Positions 1 to 11,022 of a stretch of 64,000 bases of DNA are shown here, piece by piece (the stretch's first letter is position 1; each line of letters begins with the position of its first letter). The position numbers and the translations under genes were made by a program. The stretch is from Camelus ferus (taxonomy: Eukaryota), in the NCBI RefSeq assembly GCF_009834535.1, contig NC_045696.1:120220001-120284000 (forward strand), given 5' to 3'. Below the pieces are notes generated by a model. The model saw only the letters and a list, made by a program, of their open reading frames with translations. It was not told the DNA's origin and ran no database searches.

Positions 1-338
1 AGCTTCGCAGCCTCACCTGGGTTTGGAGAAATGCCAGCTCTAAAACTCCTCCCCTGATGGAATCAGCCAGGCTCTGCATTTTTATTAAACTCCCCCGGTG
101 GCTTTTCCATGAATGTTAAAGTCTGAGGCAGGTTGGGCTCATCCTCAGACTTAACAGATAGAGAAACCCACAAACTGGAAAGCTCACCAAACAGATGGCA
201 AGCCACCCCGCCTTCCCCTGCCGATGTGTGGGTCCTTGCCCACCGACTGAGAAAGAATTCTTCATAGAGGCAAAGGGACAAAGGGAAGAAGGAAGCTGCT
301 TTATTATTCAGAGAGAGAAGGGACAAAATCAGAAAAGA

Positions 339-430
339 GGGGAGGGTAATAGCTCAGTGGTAGAGTGTGTGCTTAGCATGCATAGGTCCTGGGTTCAATC
401 CCCAGTACCTCTGTTAAAAAAAACAAACAA
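339..430 (+). mobile_element. tRNA-derived SINE (camelid Vic-1-like)
   Basis: ggggagggtaatagctcagtggtagag (A box) ... gggttcaatcccc (B box), followed by an A-rich tail. Confidence 0.85.
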
Positions 431-745
431 TATTCGAGTGGGAAGCCGTCAGCCAGGCAGCCAGCAGAGACAGCCTCAGAACTCAGTCGGCCACAGGGTC
501 TCTTTATTGGAAGCCTCCGCCCCCACTGTCTTCCCTCCACTGGTGCCAGGCACCTCCTGTTACTGGCTCTTTCCTCCCGTGGAGCTCTCCCCTCTCTTCA
601 CGGGGAGAAAGAGGACAAAGAAAGAGATACTGGGGGCTGTCCTTGGGGTCCAGGCAGCAGCTGTGGGACGTAAGTCGTCCTGCTGTAGGACTATGTTCTC
701 AGAGCCAAGGAGCCAGCTGCGGTGTAAAAGAAACAACCTATTTTT

Positions 746-785
746 GTTTGTTTGTTTGTTTGTTTGTTTGTTTGTTTGTTTGTTT
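746..785. repeat. (GTTT)10 microsatellite
   Basis: Direct reading of the perfect tetranucleotide run. Confidence 0.95.
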
Positions 786-3700
786 TTAACAGCCTGGCAC
801 TTTCTTTCCCTTGTGGTTAATCTGCCAGGGTCAGTATGGCTGCCTGATCACCTCTCTCAAGGCTATCACACAAGTTAATAGGATAAGGCATGGGTGTGCG
901 ATGGTCAGAGGTGAAGTGACTGGTTCTAAAGGGCACAGTTCTTAATTGGCTCCCTCATATGTTCCCTAGTTCCCTCTTCCGGCTCTGCCACCCAACACCC
1001 TCGATCCAAGGTCGGCCCCAGTGTTCGCTGGGGCACCCAGAAGAGTCAGCTGCTTCTCGGCAGTCCCTGGTGGGACCATGCCACCTGGTAGGGTCTGTCA
1101 CCGGGGACGTGATTACTGTCTTCTTTTCCTTCCCTGATTTTTTTCAGTTTTCCCTCCTTGTTCCCTAAGCCCTTACTGGGTGCCCAGTGGTTTCTAACTC
1201 TCCCTCCTTGGTGTCCAGGCAGCCCTTTCTCTGTCCAAGGTAAGTCCTCCTTATCGGCACTTGCCAGGAGCCTCCTCCAGCTCCATTCCGGGAAGGAGCG
1301 TTGTCCCGGGGCTTATGGCAGCTTAGTCAGCAGTTGAAGTCTTGGCTTGAACCCCGTGGGCCCCTCCAGCTCAGGGCCCATGCAGCTTTCTTCAGTAATG
1401 GGGACTGAGGTTCGAGGGTTGTCTGTATCCTGCAAGAAAAGGTCTTTCTGACTATTAAACAGAAGAGCATACTGATGCAAAGCCTTGTGCTGCATTCTCC
1501 CCTGCCCCCTCCACCCGCCATACATCCCTGCCTTTAGTGCCCAGCCAGTCCCATCAGGACCTCGGCTGGACCTTCAGGAGTGACGCTGGTTGAGGGACAT
1601 CACCAGAGGTGCTGATTCAAACTACTGTAAAGCTTTGAGCCCCAAGTAGATGACTGGTTTGTGCTCCAGGTACTCTGTGAGGTTTCCATCTCTGGTGCTG
1701 ATGGGAGTTTGCAGTAGGAATCAGAGACCCCTGTTTTCTCTTCTCCCTCCCGGCTCCCCTCCCATACGATCTCTCTGCTTGAACTTTCTCCAAAATGATC
1801 TTGTCTGCCTTATCAGTGACTGGGACCATGCTGGCCAGTCCAAAGTCAAATGAGTTAAATGTGAATGAATTAACAGGGAGGTCCAGAAGCATCTCTGCTG
1901 AATTATGGTTCCCTGAGGACTCACACTGTGTTTTTGTGTTCTGGTTTCCACAATTTTATTTTTGCAAGAATGGTGAATATTTTAAGCATGATCACAAAAC
2001 TATTCTTCCTAAGAAAAGTTAAAAATATGCGAGGCTTGTAGCTATTCCAGTTCAGTTGAATTTGTTTTTTTTTTTTCCAACCAGCAAAACAGCAGATGGA
2101 GGGTTGCATCCCCTGAGCTGCTCCTAGTAGAAAAAGTTACAGTGTCCTGAACATGAGTCAAAAAGAGAAGACAAGAACAGAGGGCTAGGCTGTGTCAGAA
2201 CAGGAGGAACTCAGCAGTAGTGACTCCTACCTTAAACCTCTGTTGCCAGGGAAACAGGTCAGGGGCTTATCCAAGGTCACACAGCCAGTTCCGGCAGACC
2301 AGAGAACAGGACCCCAATTCCGGACACCTAGTCCATTAGGGCTGCATAGAACTTCTCCCATGAATTGTTCCTATGTACAAACACGGAGGAATGTTTGAAT
2401 TTGTTGGAAGTCTTTCATACTACCTTAAAAATATGAATTCTTCCTTTTATAACACATTCCACTCATGTATCCTGTGATTTAAAAGTAATGAACACCAGCT
2501 TAGCATTTCCCTGCAACTCTTGGAGTAAAGTCGCTGCTCCTGGGGTTCTTCCATGCTTCTTCCATGTTCTGGAACACTGCTGTGGACCCTGGTTTCAGAA
2601 GCCTTCCAGATTGCCTTCTGTGATTTCCAGGGAAGCTATTAATGTATCATTTCCATGCCGACAACTGTTCTCTTTGATCTTTGGGGATTTATTAGGTCCA
2701 TTTGGTTTGGTCGACTCTCAGATCTAGTGACCATGTGGAGTCCATCTGAATGTTGGATGCTGGCGACTCTCCCCTCGCTCTTCATGTCAGCTTCCTCTGT
2801 CTGGCAGGGAATTAGAGGGTTTCAGATATGCTGTACATCTAATCTCTAGGGTGTTGGGGCATTGAGAAGAACCCATAGATAACCACTGCCTACCTCTGGG
2901 CATTTGCACATGCTGTTCCTCCATGCCATCATGCTTTTCCCTGCTGCTTTGCCAGGTAAGGATCCTCCTTATTTTCTCAAATGCCATTGTCTTCATCATC
3001 ATTATTTATCAGGTTCCCTCCACCTCTTCCTTTTGAAATGAATCTCTTCCTGTGTTCCTAAAATGTATTATTGAGCCTCTGTCTTTCTTAAAGACTGTCC
3101 ATCTTTCCACTTAAGGTTTTTAAGCTCTTGGAATCTGTGGCTGTGTCATTTTGGTGTCTCCAGATGGCTTGTTAAGCCTTTTACCTGGTAGCCATTGAAT
3201 CAGTCTTGGTTGGTTTGAATTTCCAAGTCAAGAAAAAGCATAATTTCAGGGGTTTTTTTGCCACGGAAGACTTAGGAATGTTCCCGTGTTTGCTTTGTGT
3301 AACATGAGCATAAACGAAAGTTCAGCTCTTTACATTTCTTTTCCTTGGAGGGTTTTTCCTCCAAGTAAGCTCAGTGGAAGGGACCACGCTGCAGTCCTGA
3401 ATAGGAAGAGGGGAGAGCTCTGCATGGAGTCTGTGTTCCCGAATGTTCTCGTCCAAAGTAACCCTTGCCCATCTGTCTCCCCTGAGGGCAAGTACATCGT
3501 TGAATCCCATGTACCTTGCTACCCGAGGAGGGTCCGGGTCTGCTTGGTCCTCCAGCCCTCAGGGAGGCACTGTCCCAGGTGCTGTGACAGAGTAGACAAG
3601 GAGATGGCACATGACCAAGCCGAGATGCACATGACCAGCTCTTTGCAGACCACCCCTCAATCCCAGAGAGCAGTAATCTGAAGGCATTTCTCATTTCACG

Positions 3701-4093
3701 ATGCAGTGGGAAATCCTGCTGCTGGTCTGTGGTAACCAGGGGAGGTTCACTGTGAAACCATTCACACCCACGTCTCAGTGGTTCAGCCCCAGAAAGGGTT
3801 ATTTCTGCCTCTGTCACCAGTGAGGTGGGTCCTCAGAATCTTTTCTGGATCCTTTGCATCTGGCTGGCAGATGAGGGCTGAGGAGGTAGTGGAGTTGAGT
3901 GCACGCCCTGGAGATGGCAGTCAGCGCTTCCTCCTCCACGCGGGCAGCTCCACCCTAGCCACGTGGTCCAGTCAGCTGCAAGGGACGATGAGGACGGGAC
4001 CTGAGGTCTAGCCATGGCCCTTGGAAGACAAGGGAATGGGTTTGTCGATGGTCTAGCCAGTTATCACATGGACCTTGTTGGATTTATTATTGT

Positions 4094-4672
4094 CTTTTTA
4101 AATTTTATTTTTTATGGAAGTGTAGTTGATTTACAATGTTAGTTTCAGGCGTACAGCAAAGTGATTCAGTTATACATATACATACATATATATTTTCTTG
4201 TCAGATTCTTTTCCATTATAGGTTATTACAAGAAATTGAATATAGTTCCCTGTGCTGTATAATAGGTCCTTATTGTTTATCTATTTTATATATAGTAATG
4301 TGTGTCTGTTAATCCCCAACTCCTAATTTATCCCTCCTCTGCCCTTTCCCTTTTGGTAACTAGAGTTTGTTTTCTATGCCTGTGAATCTGTTTTTGGTTT
4401 GTAAAGAGAATTTGTATCTTTTTTTTTTTAGATTCCACACGTAAGTGATATGATACTTATCTTTGTCTGACTGACTGACTTCACTTAGTATGAGAATCTC
4501 TAGGTCCATCCATGTTGCTGCAAAAGGCATTATTTTATTCTTTTTTATGGCTGAATTGTATTCCATACACCACATCTTCTTTATCCAGTTACCTGTTGAT
4601 GGACATTTAGGTTGTTTCATGTCTTGGCTGTTGTAAATAGTGCTGCTGTGAACCCTGGGTGCATGCGTCTAA
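4094..4672 (-). mobile_element. 5'-truncated L1 (ORF2 C-terminus + 3'UTR)
   Basis: ORF 4360..4620(-) reads [16 protein letters not shown]...MPFAATWMDLE, which is L1 ORF2 end. A 14-bp TSD ggatttattattgt lies at 4080-4093 and 4673-4686. Confidence 0.9.
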
Positions 4673-5297
4673 GGATTTATTATTGTTAACACCATTTTTC
4701 TTTTAAGCCTGATACCAGTAATTAAATGAATCAGTAATGGGAAAGGTTAAGTGAAGGAGACAAACAGATTTGCCATCCTTGCAAAGCCTTCCCTGATTCC
4801 CTCCGTCTTTCCAGCTCTGAACACCAGGAATATTCTAGCCAGGCCTCCCCTGTGGTCTCGGCCTCTTTCCATTCTAACAGTATGTGACCTCTGGGACCAC
4901 CTCCTTGAAGGGTCTATGTGTTCATGTCTATAACTCCCCCAACACTGCACCACATACCACGGACAATCACTGAAGATTTACAGAATTTCTAAATAATTAA
5001 AGCTTCGACTTCCTTACCCTAGTTCCAACACAGCCTGACATTGGTTGAGTTCTATACACATTGGGGGTCTGCAGACCCACAGCTCATGCAGTCCAACCTC
5101 CACGCTGAAACTAGAGAACTAAATGACTGTATGCAGCCGGCATAGATAATGCCAAATTACACATACATAATTATATGCGTTCTTTAAAAAATCATATTAA
5201 TATTTTTCTCACCTGAATTGGGAGATGCATGGAAAACAAGGCCTGAGATTTAGTTCAGCGATAATTAACAATAACCTTGTGTCTGTGTTCCCCCCAG

Positions 5298-5388
5298 ATG
5301 GATGGAACCAACAGATCTCACCTGTATGTCTGGGAGACGGAGAGCCAGCAGGATGTGGAGCGCGTGGCCCGCTGCATGCTCTGCTATG
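5298..5388 (+). CDS. COL6A4: COL6A4-type exon: end of C1 VWA / C1-C2 linker (MDGTNRSHLYVWETESQQDVERVARCMLCY)
   Basis: Acceptor ttccccccAG at 5296-5297 and donor GTGAGC at 5389. The 91 nt exon (phase 0 to 1) joins in frame to the 6702 exon, giving ...CMLCY-D-PCRP, typical of collagen VI alpha4/5/6 chains. Confidence 0.85.
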
Positions 5389-6254
5389 GTGAGCCTGGGC
5401 AGTGTCGCTTCTCACACTGTCTTTAGAACAGGATGAATTAGCTGGCGGCCACAGGCCAGTTCTGCTCTGCAGATGTGCATTTGCTTGGTACATGCAGAAC
5501 TTCCAAGCTGGGGAATTTCCTATCAAGTCTGGATTTCTCATTTTTCTCAGGAAGTCAGAATCATCTGGAGAATCGCAGACACTGCATTCCCTTGTGGCAA
5601 TGGTCAGACAGATATGAATTGTTCCCACTCCCTTTAGAGCAGCCAGTGTCTGCTAGTGCCCCCCACAGTGCCTTCCCCTCCCTGTCTTCTCAGTAACCCC
5701 CGATCCACTCCGCTTATGTACTGTCCTGTCAGGCTCCCATAGTTGGCTGGGCTTGCGTTCATTCCTCAGCGGAACCTTAGTGTGAAGGACAGGCCACCAA
5801 ATTAAGAGTCAGGGGTCCTGGGTTCTCGGCCTGGGACTGCCGCTGGCCACCTGTGGGGTATCGGCAAATCATTCCATCATTCCCTTTCTGGGAGTCTCCA
5901 TCACCACGTCCCACACCCCGCACTGGCCTGTGCCAGATCAAACAAGATGCTGAAACCCACGCATGCCCAGACCCCCATCACCCGGGGCCACAGTGAGTCC
6001 CTTAGGCAAAATCAAAAGGGGATTGAATTGTTCCTTCTCCTTGGTTCACACTCAGGGCTCACACTGCCATGAGCGGTTTGGCTCCGAGAACTTGGTTGTG
6101 TCAAATACAGGAGCTGCCGCTTGCTGTGTAGGTTACAGTTGATGGACTGCGTTGACGCCCATCACCTCATTGACATGTGGCCTCCCTGCGCCTCCATCCC
6201 CACTCCTTTGGAAGCATAAACCCAGCTGGCCTGAGCTTTTACTGTACCCCGTGT

Positions 6255-6450
6255 GTTCTTCTGAGCATTTAACATATATGACTCATTTTAAAGTTAAACT
6301 TCACGAACAACCTCAGGACAGAGGTGCTGCCATTGTTGTTGTTGTTGTCATCATCATCATTATCTCCATCGGACAGAGGAGGGCACGGAGGCCAGGGGGA
6401 AGCTGTCATCCGCCCAGATCACACACCCAGTAAGAGATGGGGCTTGATTG
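6255..6450 (-). mobile_element. MIR-like SINE remnant with (GTT)n(CAT)n micro-repeat
   Basis: Degenerate MIR core ('ctcatttt...acaacc...attatctccat...cagaggagg...cccagatcacac'). Confidence 0.5.
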
Positions 6451-6701
6451 GCCAGGCAGGGATCTGTGAAACCAAGGATTAGGAAGCTTAGTGGTTACAA
6501 ACATTAAATGTGGAATCAGGTCTTCTCAACTCTTCCTTCTGGATAATGGGCACATCTACTTACAGTGCCCGGCCCACAGGGTCAACCCTGTGAGGGTAGC
6601 CCTCAGCACTCACTCTCCTTACTGAGCGTCTGGAAGTGTGTGTGCATGGAAAGGGAAGGGACGGGTGGTAACCCCGGCCTCTCCCCGCCTCTCCTCTGCA
6701 G

Positions 6702-7385
6702 ACCCGTGCCGCCCGGCTGCGGAGTGCGGGCGGGGTGCACCCGGGCCCCTGGCAGTGGACGTGGACGTGGCCTTCGTGGTGGACAGCTCCAGCGGCGTGG
6801 ATGCAGACTTGTACCGCGCCGCCTTGACCTTTGTGGGCGCCACCCTGGATGACCTGGAGGTGGCTGCAGAGCCAAGCACATCCCCGCGTGGGGCGCGCGT
6901 GGCCCTGGTGACACACACGACTCCCGGCTTCTGGCCGCCCTCTGGCCACCCACCTGTGCGCGAGGGCTTCCACCTGACCTCCTACAGCCGCCGGATGCAG
7001 ATGCAGAAGCACGTCCGCGAGGCCGCGGGCCACCCGCTGCAGGGAGCCCCTGCCCTGGGCCATGCTCTGGAGTGGACGCTGGAGAGGGTGCTCCTGGCAG
7101 CCCCGCTGCCCAGGAGGGTGCAGGTCCTCTTTGCCATCGTGGCCAGTGAGACCAGCGGCTGGGACCGGGAGAAGCTAAGGACTCTGTCCCTGGAGGCCAA
7201 GTGCAAGGGCATCACTCTGTTTGTGCTGGCCTGGGGCCCGGGCGTGGGGACCCGCGAACTGGCTGAGCTGGCCCACGTGGCTAGCGCCCCCTCTGAGCAG
7301 CACCTGCTACGACTGGAGGGGATCTCGGACCTGGAGGTGGCATATGCCCGGGGCTTCACGCGGGCCTTCCTGAACCTCCTAACAA
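6702..7385 (+). CDS. COL6A4: COL6A4-type exon encoding the C-terminal C2 VWA domain
   Basis: Acceptor ctcctctgcAG at 6700-6701 and donor GTGAGC at 7386. The 684 nt exon (phase 1-1) has no stops. Translation DVAFVVDSS...GARVALVTHTTPGFWP...ALGHALEWTLE...LFAIVASETSGWDREKL...EAKCKGITLFVLA...VASAPSEQHLLRLEG resembles the alpha4(VI) C2 VWA domain as I recall it. Confidence 0.92.
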
Positions 7386-7788
7386 GTGAGCATTTCCGGT
7401 GCACGGGGGATGTCCAGGTGGGCTGCAGGGAGGGCCGTACAGAGCCTGGCATTTGGGCGAGTGGACGCCCGTCGCACCTTCGCCCTTGCTGAGGTGTGAG
7501 CAGCCCCGCAGCCTCTGGGGAGCTCCCAGGGAGCCCCCTACTACCTGAAAACCCCGAGCTCTGTTGCCCTGACACTGTGCCAAGCCTAGTACTGATTTCT
7601 TGTGTGGCGCCTAGGAGCCTGATGTTTCCACCTGACTTCTGGGTTTTCTTTTACCAAAATGAGGATTACAGTGTGTTCTCTGTGTAGCCTGCATTCAGAT
7701 ACGTGCGTGAAAGCACCATGGCTGCGCAGATACAAGCGGAGGTGTCGGTACTGCTGTGCCCAGGAATCCAGCCCCCAGTGCTGCAGAG

Positions 7789-7951
7789 CAGGGCTCTCAG
7801 AAGTTAACATGCACGTGCATTTCCCGGGGAGTCTAGTTAAAATTCGGATCCTGATTCAGTAGGTCCGAGCTGGGGCCAGGGATTCTGCTTTCTTAACAAA
7901 CTCCTGGTTGTTGTCGCTGCTGGTCTGTGGACCACAGCTTGAGTGGCAAGG
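7789..7951. mobile_element. MER5-family hAT-Charlie DNA transposon fossil
   Basis: 'gttaaaattcggatcctgattcagtaggtc...gattctgctttcttaacaaactcc...ggaccacagcttgagtggcaagg'. Confidence 0.6.
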
Positions 7952-8703
7952 TATATGACATTTATTTATTTTCAGAGGTCTTCAGGGACCTGCCAGGAAG
8001 TGAGGGAGTCAGGACAGAAGTCCAGAGTCCCCCACCTCAGGTTTGGTGGATGAAGCCGCAGTGAAGATTTGGGGGCTGAGTGACAGTGCATCTTGGCTGG
8101 AATTCCTCCCTGTCTCCTGTCCTAGTGCCCTCACTTCTGGCTGGAACTAGTTGAACCAAGTTCATGGGCTGCTAGTACCAAATCTGTATCCCTGGCTTGG
8201 TGTGGAGACGGTCAGGACTGCGGGGTGGGTATTATCCTGGTCACCCTTCCAGGAGGTGGCCTTGGGCGTTGTGCACCAGTGTGTAGTCCAGAACAGCTCT
8301 TGTGTGGGTGCCGCCTCGTGACACGGGAGGTCTTCTCTCCCTCTCTGCGCGGAGACCTTAGTTTCTCAGTCTGTACGTGGGTGTGACATCCTGTCGGGAG
8401 CCTCAAGGGACACGTGCCCCTTCCTCACTGAGGGAATAAAGGGAGTCTGATGGGCATCTCAGAAGTACTGACACAGCATCTGTGCCTCTCTGACTCGAGA
8501 GGCGTGGAGACTGATGAATCGGTTCTAGTCCTCACTTTGCCACTAGTGAGCTGTGTGATTCTAGAAAGGTCGGTGAACCTCTCTGAACTTTAGATTCATT
8601 ACCTTTGCAAGAGATGGAGGAGAGAATTGTAATGCATGGCTGAGCGCTTAGTGATTCTTTGAGGGACGAACAGGCTGAACGATCACTTTTCTAGTTAATT
8701 GCA

Positions 8704-9100
8704 CTTTTTTTTTTAATGTATTCTTCCATTAGGTTGCATTTCACGTTCTGTTACATCCTTTTATTTTATGCTTTTATTTTGTTTTCCTATTTTATTTTAT
8801 TTGCTTTTATTTTTGTGCCTATGCTGTGCTTTGTTTGAAGTTATTTTATCTCTTTTTGCTTTTATGTCAGTGGATTTTTTTTTGGTTTTTAGATTTTATT
8901 TTTTAATTTTTTTTTGTATATTTTACTTGATTTTGTGCTTACTTGATTTTATTTTCTGTCTTAAGTTTTATGTCTTAATGGAAAATATTTTGTTTTTATG
9001 CTTTATTTTATTTTGTTTTTATGCTTTATTTTATTTTGTTTTACTTTCAAGTTTCATACTATTATAGGCTTGATTTGATTTGAGATTTTATTTTATCTTT
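8704..9100. repeat. ~400 bp T-rich low-complexity tract (TTTTA/TTTTG) abutting a splice acceptor
   Basis: Direct reading. Confidence 0.85.
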
Positions 9101-9102
9101 AG

Positions 9103-9199
9103 GTGGAAGAAACCAGTACCCACCCCCAGAGCTCATGGAAGAGTGTGGGGGCCCGAATCGAGGGGATACTCTGCGGCAGTCAGCTCTGCCTGTCAAGAG
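9103..9199 (+). CDS. COL6A4: COL6A4-type exon (S-GRNQYPPPELMEECGGPNRGDTLRQSALPVK-R)
   Basis: Acceptor atctttAG at 9101-9102 and donor GTAGGC at 9200. The 97 nt exon (phase 1 to 2) is in frame with the previous exon and carries the NQYPPPEL..ECGGPNRGDT motif of collagen VI post-C2 sequence. Confidence 0.88.
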
Positions 9200-9682
9200 G
9201 TAGGCTTAGGGCCCGGCTGGGCTGGTCCCACAGCTCTGTCCCCTGCAGGACACTTTCTCTCTGGAGTCACAGGCAATGCCAGCCCTTGACCTGATTCACA
9301 CCACTGGGGCTCAGACAATCCTGTGACATCCAATATGGTTCAGTTTCTCTTTTCTTAGTTTTTAGTATCAATGGGTAATATGAGACCACTGAAAAAAATT
9401 CAGACAGCACAGAAGTGGGTAAAAGCAAACAATAACAATTTTCTACCCGACCGCATTCCCCATCCTCTAGTCTCACGCCCAGAGATAAAATGGATCACAC
9501 TTAACAAATTATTAGTCTGATGTTTGCGCACACACCTCTCAAACCTAAGAACACAGCTGCTGCGGTGACAAAGTCTTCAGGAATCGCCCAAGCCCAGCTC
9601 CCTGAGCCCAGAGCACCAGCTGGGACACGCCCCCTCGTTCTGGGGGTGAGTTTCACCGTTTGACGGGGTGGGTTCCCTGCAG

Positions 9683-9912
9683 GTCAGCCACACGCCAGTC
9701 GGGCAAATCTCGTCTTGCTGATGATTTGGAAGCACTCGAAGCGAGAGACTCTTCTCTGGAGGAGACTGGAAAGGTCACGATGACAGCTAGAACTCAGCAG
9801 AAAGCAGTCAAAAATTATGAAAAGGATGGATATGATGCTAATGGAAATGAGCAAGAAAAGCCTGCAAAGCAGAAAGAAATCAGAAAAGAAAGAAATTCAG
9901 GCACGGACTATG
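9683..9912 (+). CDS. COL6A4: COL6A4-type exon, charged unique domain (SATRQSGKSRLADDLEALE...KERNSGTDY)
   Basis: Acceptor ttccctgcAG at 9681-9682. The 230 nt exon (phase 2 to 1) is open in frame (ORF 9660..9980). Probable donor G|GTAAAA at 9913 is weak. Confidence 0.75.
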
Positions 9913-10890
9913 GTAAAACCCGAACGACTCCTTGCTCCTTACTTACAACTTCAGTTGAATTTACTTTTTGTGATCTTTAGCAAAAAAAAAAAAAAAAAAA
10001 AAAGGAATCCTGTGCTCTGTTAGCATGCGCACTTTGGCTTTTTTAGACACTTTTCCTTGCAGATGCACAAATTCGCGTATGCAGCTAAAGAAACTAGTTT
10101 AGGGAAGCACGTGAGGGCTGACTTCCATCTGACTATAAGACTGGAGGGGAACGGAAGGTGTGTCAGGAAGGGTCATGGAAGCTCACCCTGTGAAGTTCTG
10201 TTCTGTCACAGAAGGGGTAACCATGGTCTTGACCTTGAGGGAAAGCGCTCCAGCTTGAGGAAGGCCCCTTTGTCTATGAGTGGCCACATGTATTCAGACC
10301 AAGTTGAAGGAACATTCTGAGTCCTTCTAAAACAATGTGGTGTCGATTTTGGATTACATTAACGCAGAGGCCATTGTCACCTCTCATGCGGTATTAGTGA
10401 ATTACGCAAAACAGCGAACGCGTTAGAGGGATGTGGGGAGCAGGGATTTGACTCTGAATTTTTTCAAAGGCAGGGAAAAGCTGTAAGAGTTTCTAGTAAG
10501 TGGTGTGGTCCATCCTGTTTAGATGAAGCGAGAGGTCACTGCCCAGTGGTTTTGAACGTGTCTAGATGGTTCTCTATCTGATGTTGTCAATTAGGGGGCC
10601 CTGGGAGAATGATTTAATCTCTCAGTGGCTGAGTTTTCTGATCTGTAAAGTGGAGATTATGTGCATGCCTACCTCGTGGGGTTGTTTTGAGAACAAAGCT
10701 TGAGAATTCGTATGCTTGTCACATAGGAAGCATACAAGTTAGCCGTTAAGATGCTGACGCCGTGTCTTACCTCTTAGATTCCGAAGCAAACACATATCCA
10801 GAGGGAAACAAAACCAGGCAGACAGAGGACTGGGCACTCCCAGAACTCCCAGCAGGGGCAGTGCCATTTCACCTTCTTAGGCTAAACTTT

Positions 10891-11022
10891 TTTTTAGGAG
10901 AGGGGAGGATGTAATTAGGTTTAATTATTTACTTATTTATTTTAACGGAGGTGCTGGGGATTGAACCCAGGACCTCATGCACGCTAAGCGTGTGCTCTAC
11001 CACTGAGCTACTGCCCTCCCTG
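10891..11022 (-). mobile_element. tRNA-derived SINE (Vic-1-like)
   Basis: ggggattgaacccagg...ctctaccactgagcta is the reverse of the B and A boxes. An 18-bp TSD cttcttaggctaaacttt lies at 10873-10890 and 11023-11040. Confidence 0.9.

Larger units (their letters stand above)
225..1190 (-). mobile_element. Possible ERV solo-LTR-like element, interrupted by a SINE and a microsatellite
   Basis: Reverse-strand AATAAA (ctttatt near 300 and 502) and an LTR-U5-like end ('gggtccttgcccaccgactgagaaagaattc'). Recognised by resemblance only; boundaries uncertain. Confidence 0.3.

Noticed and set aside
341..412. tRNA gene-like sequence with A and B boxes
   Set aside because: It is a SINE head with an A-rich tail, repeated in diverged form several times in the window; not a tRNA gene.
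195..878. 227-aa ORF
   Set aside because: Runs through a SINE, LTR-like sequence and the (GTTT)n repeat (FVCLFVCL); no recognisable domain.
6560..7575. Long antisense and alternative-frame ORFs over the VWA exon
   Set aside because: By-product of high GC content and codon structure of the real + strand exon.
8768..9067. 99-aa highly hydrophobic 'membrane protein' ORF
   Set aside because: Translation of T-rich low-complexity DNA.
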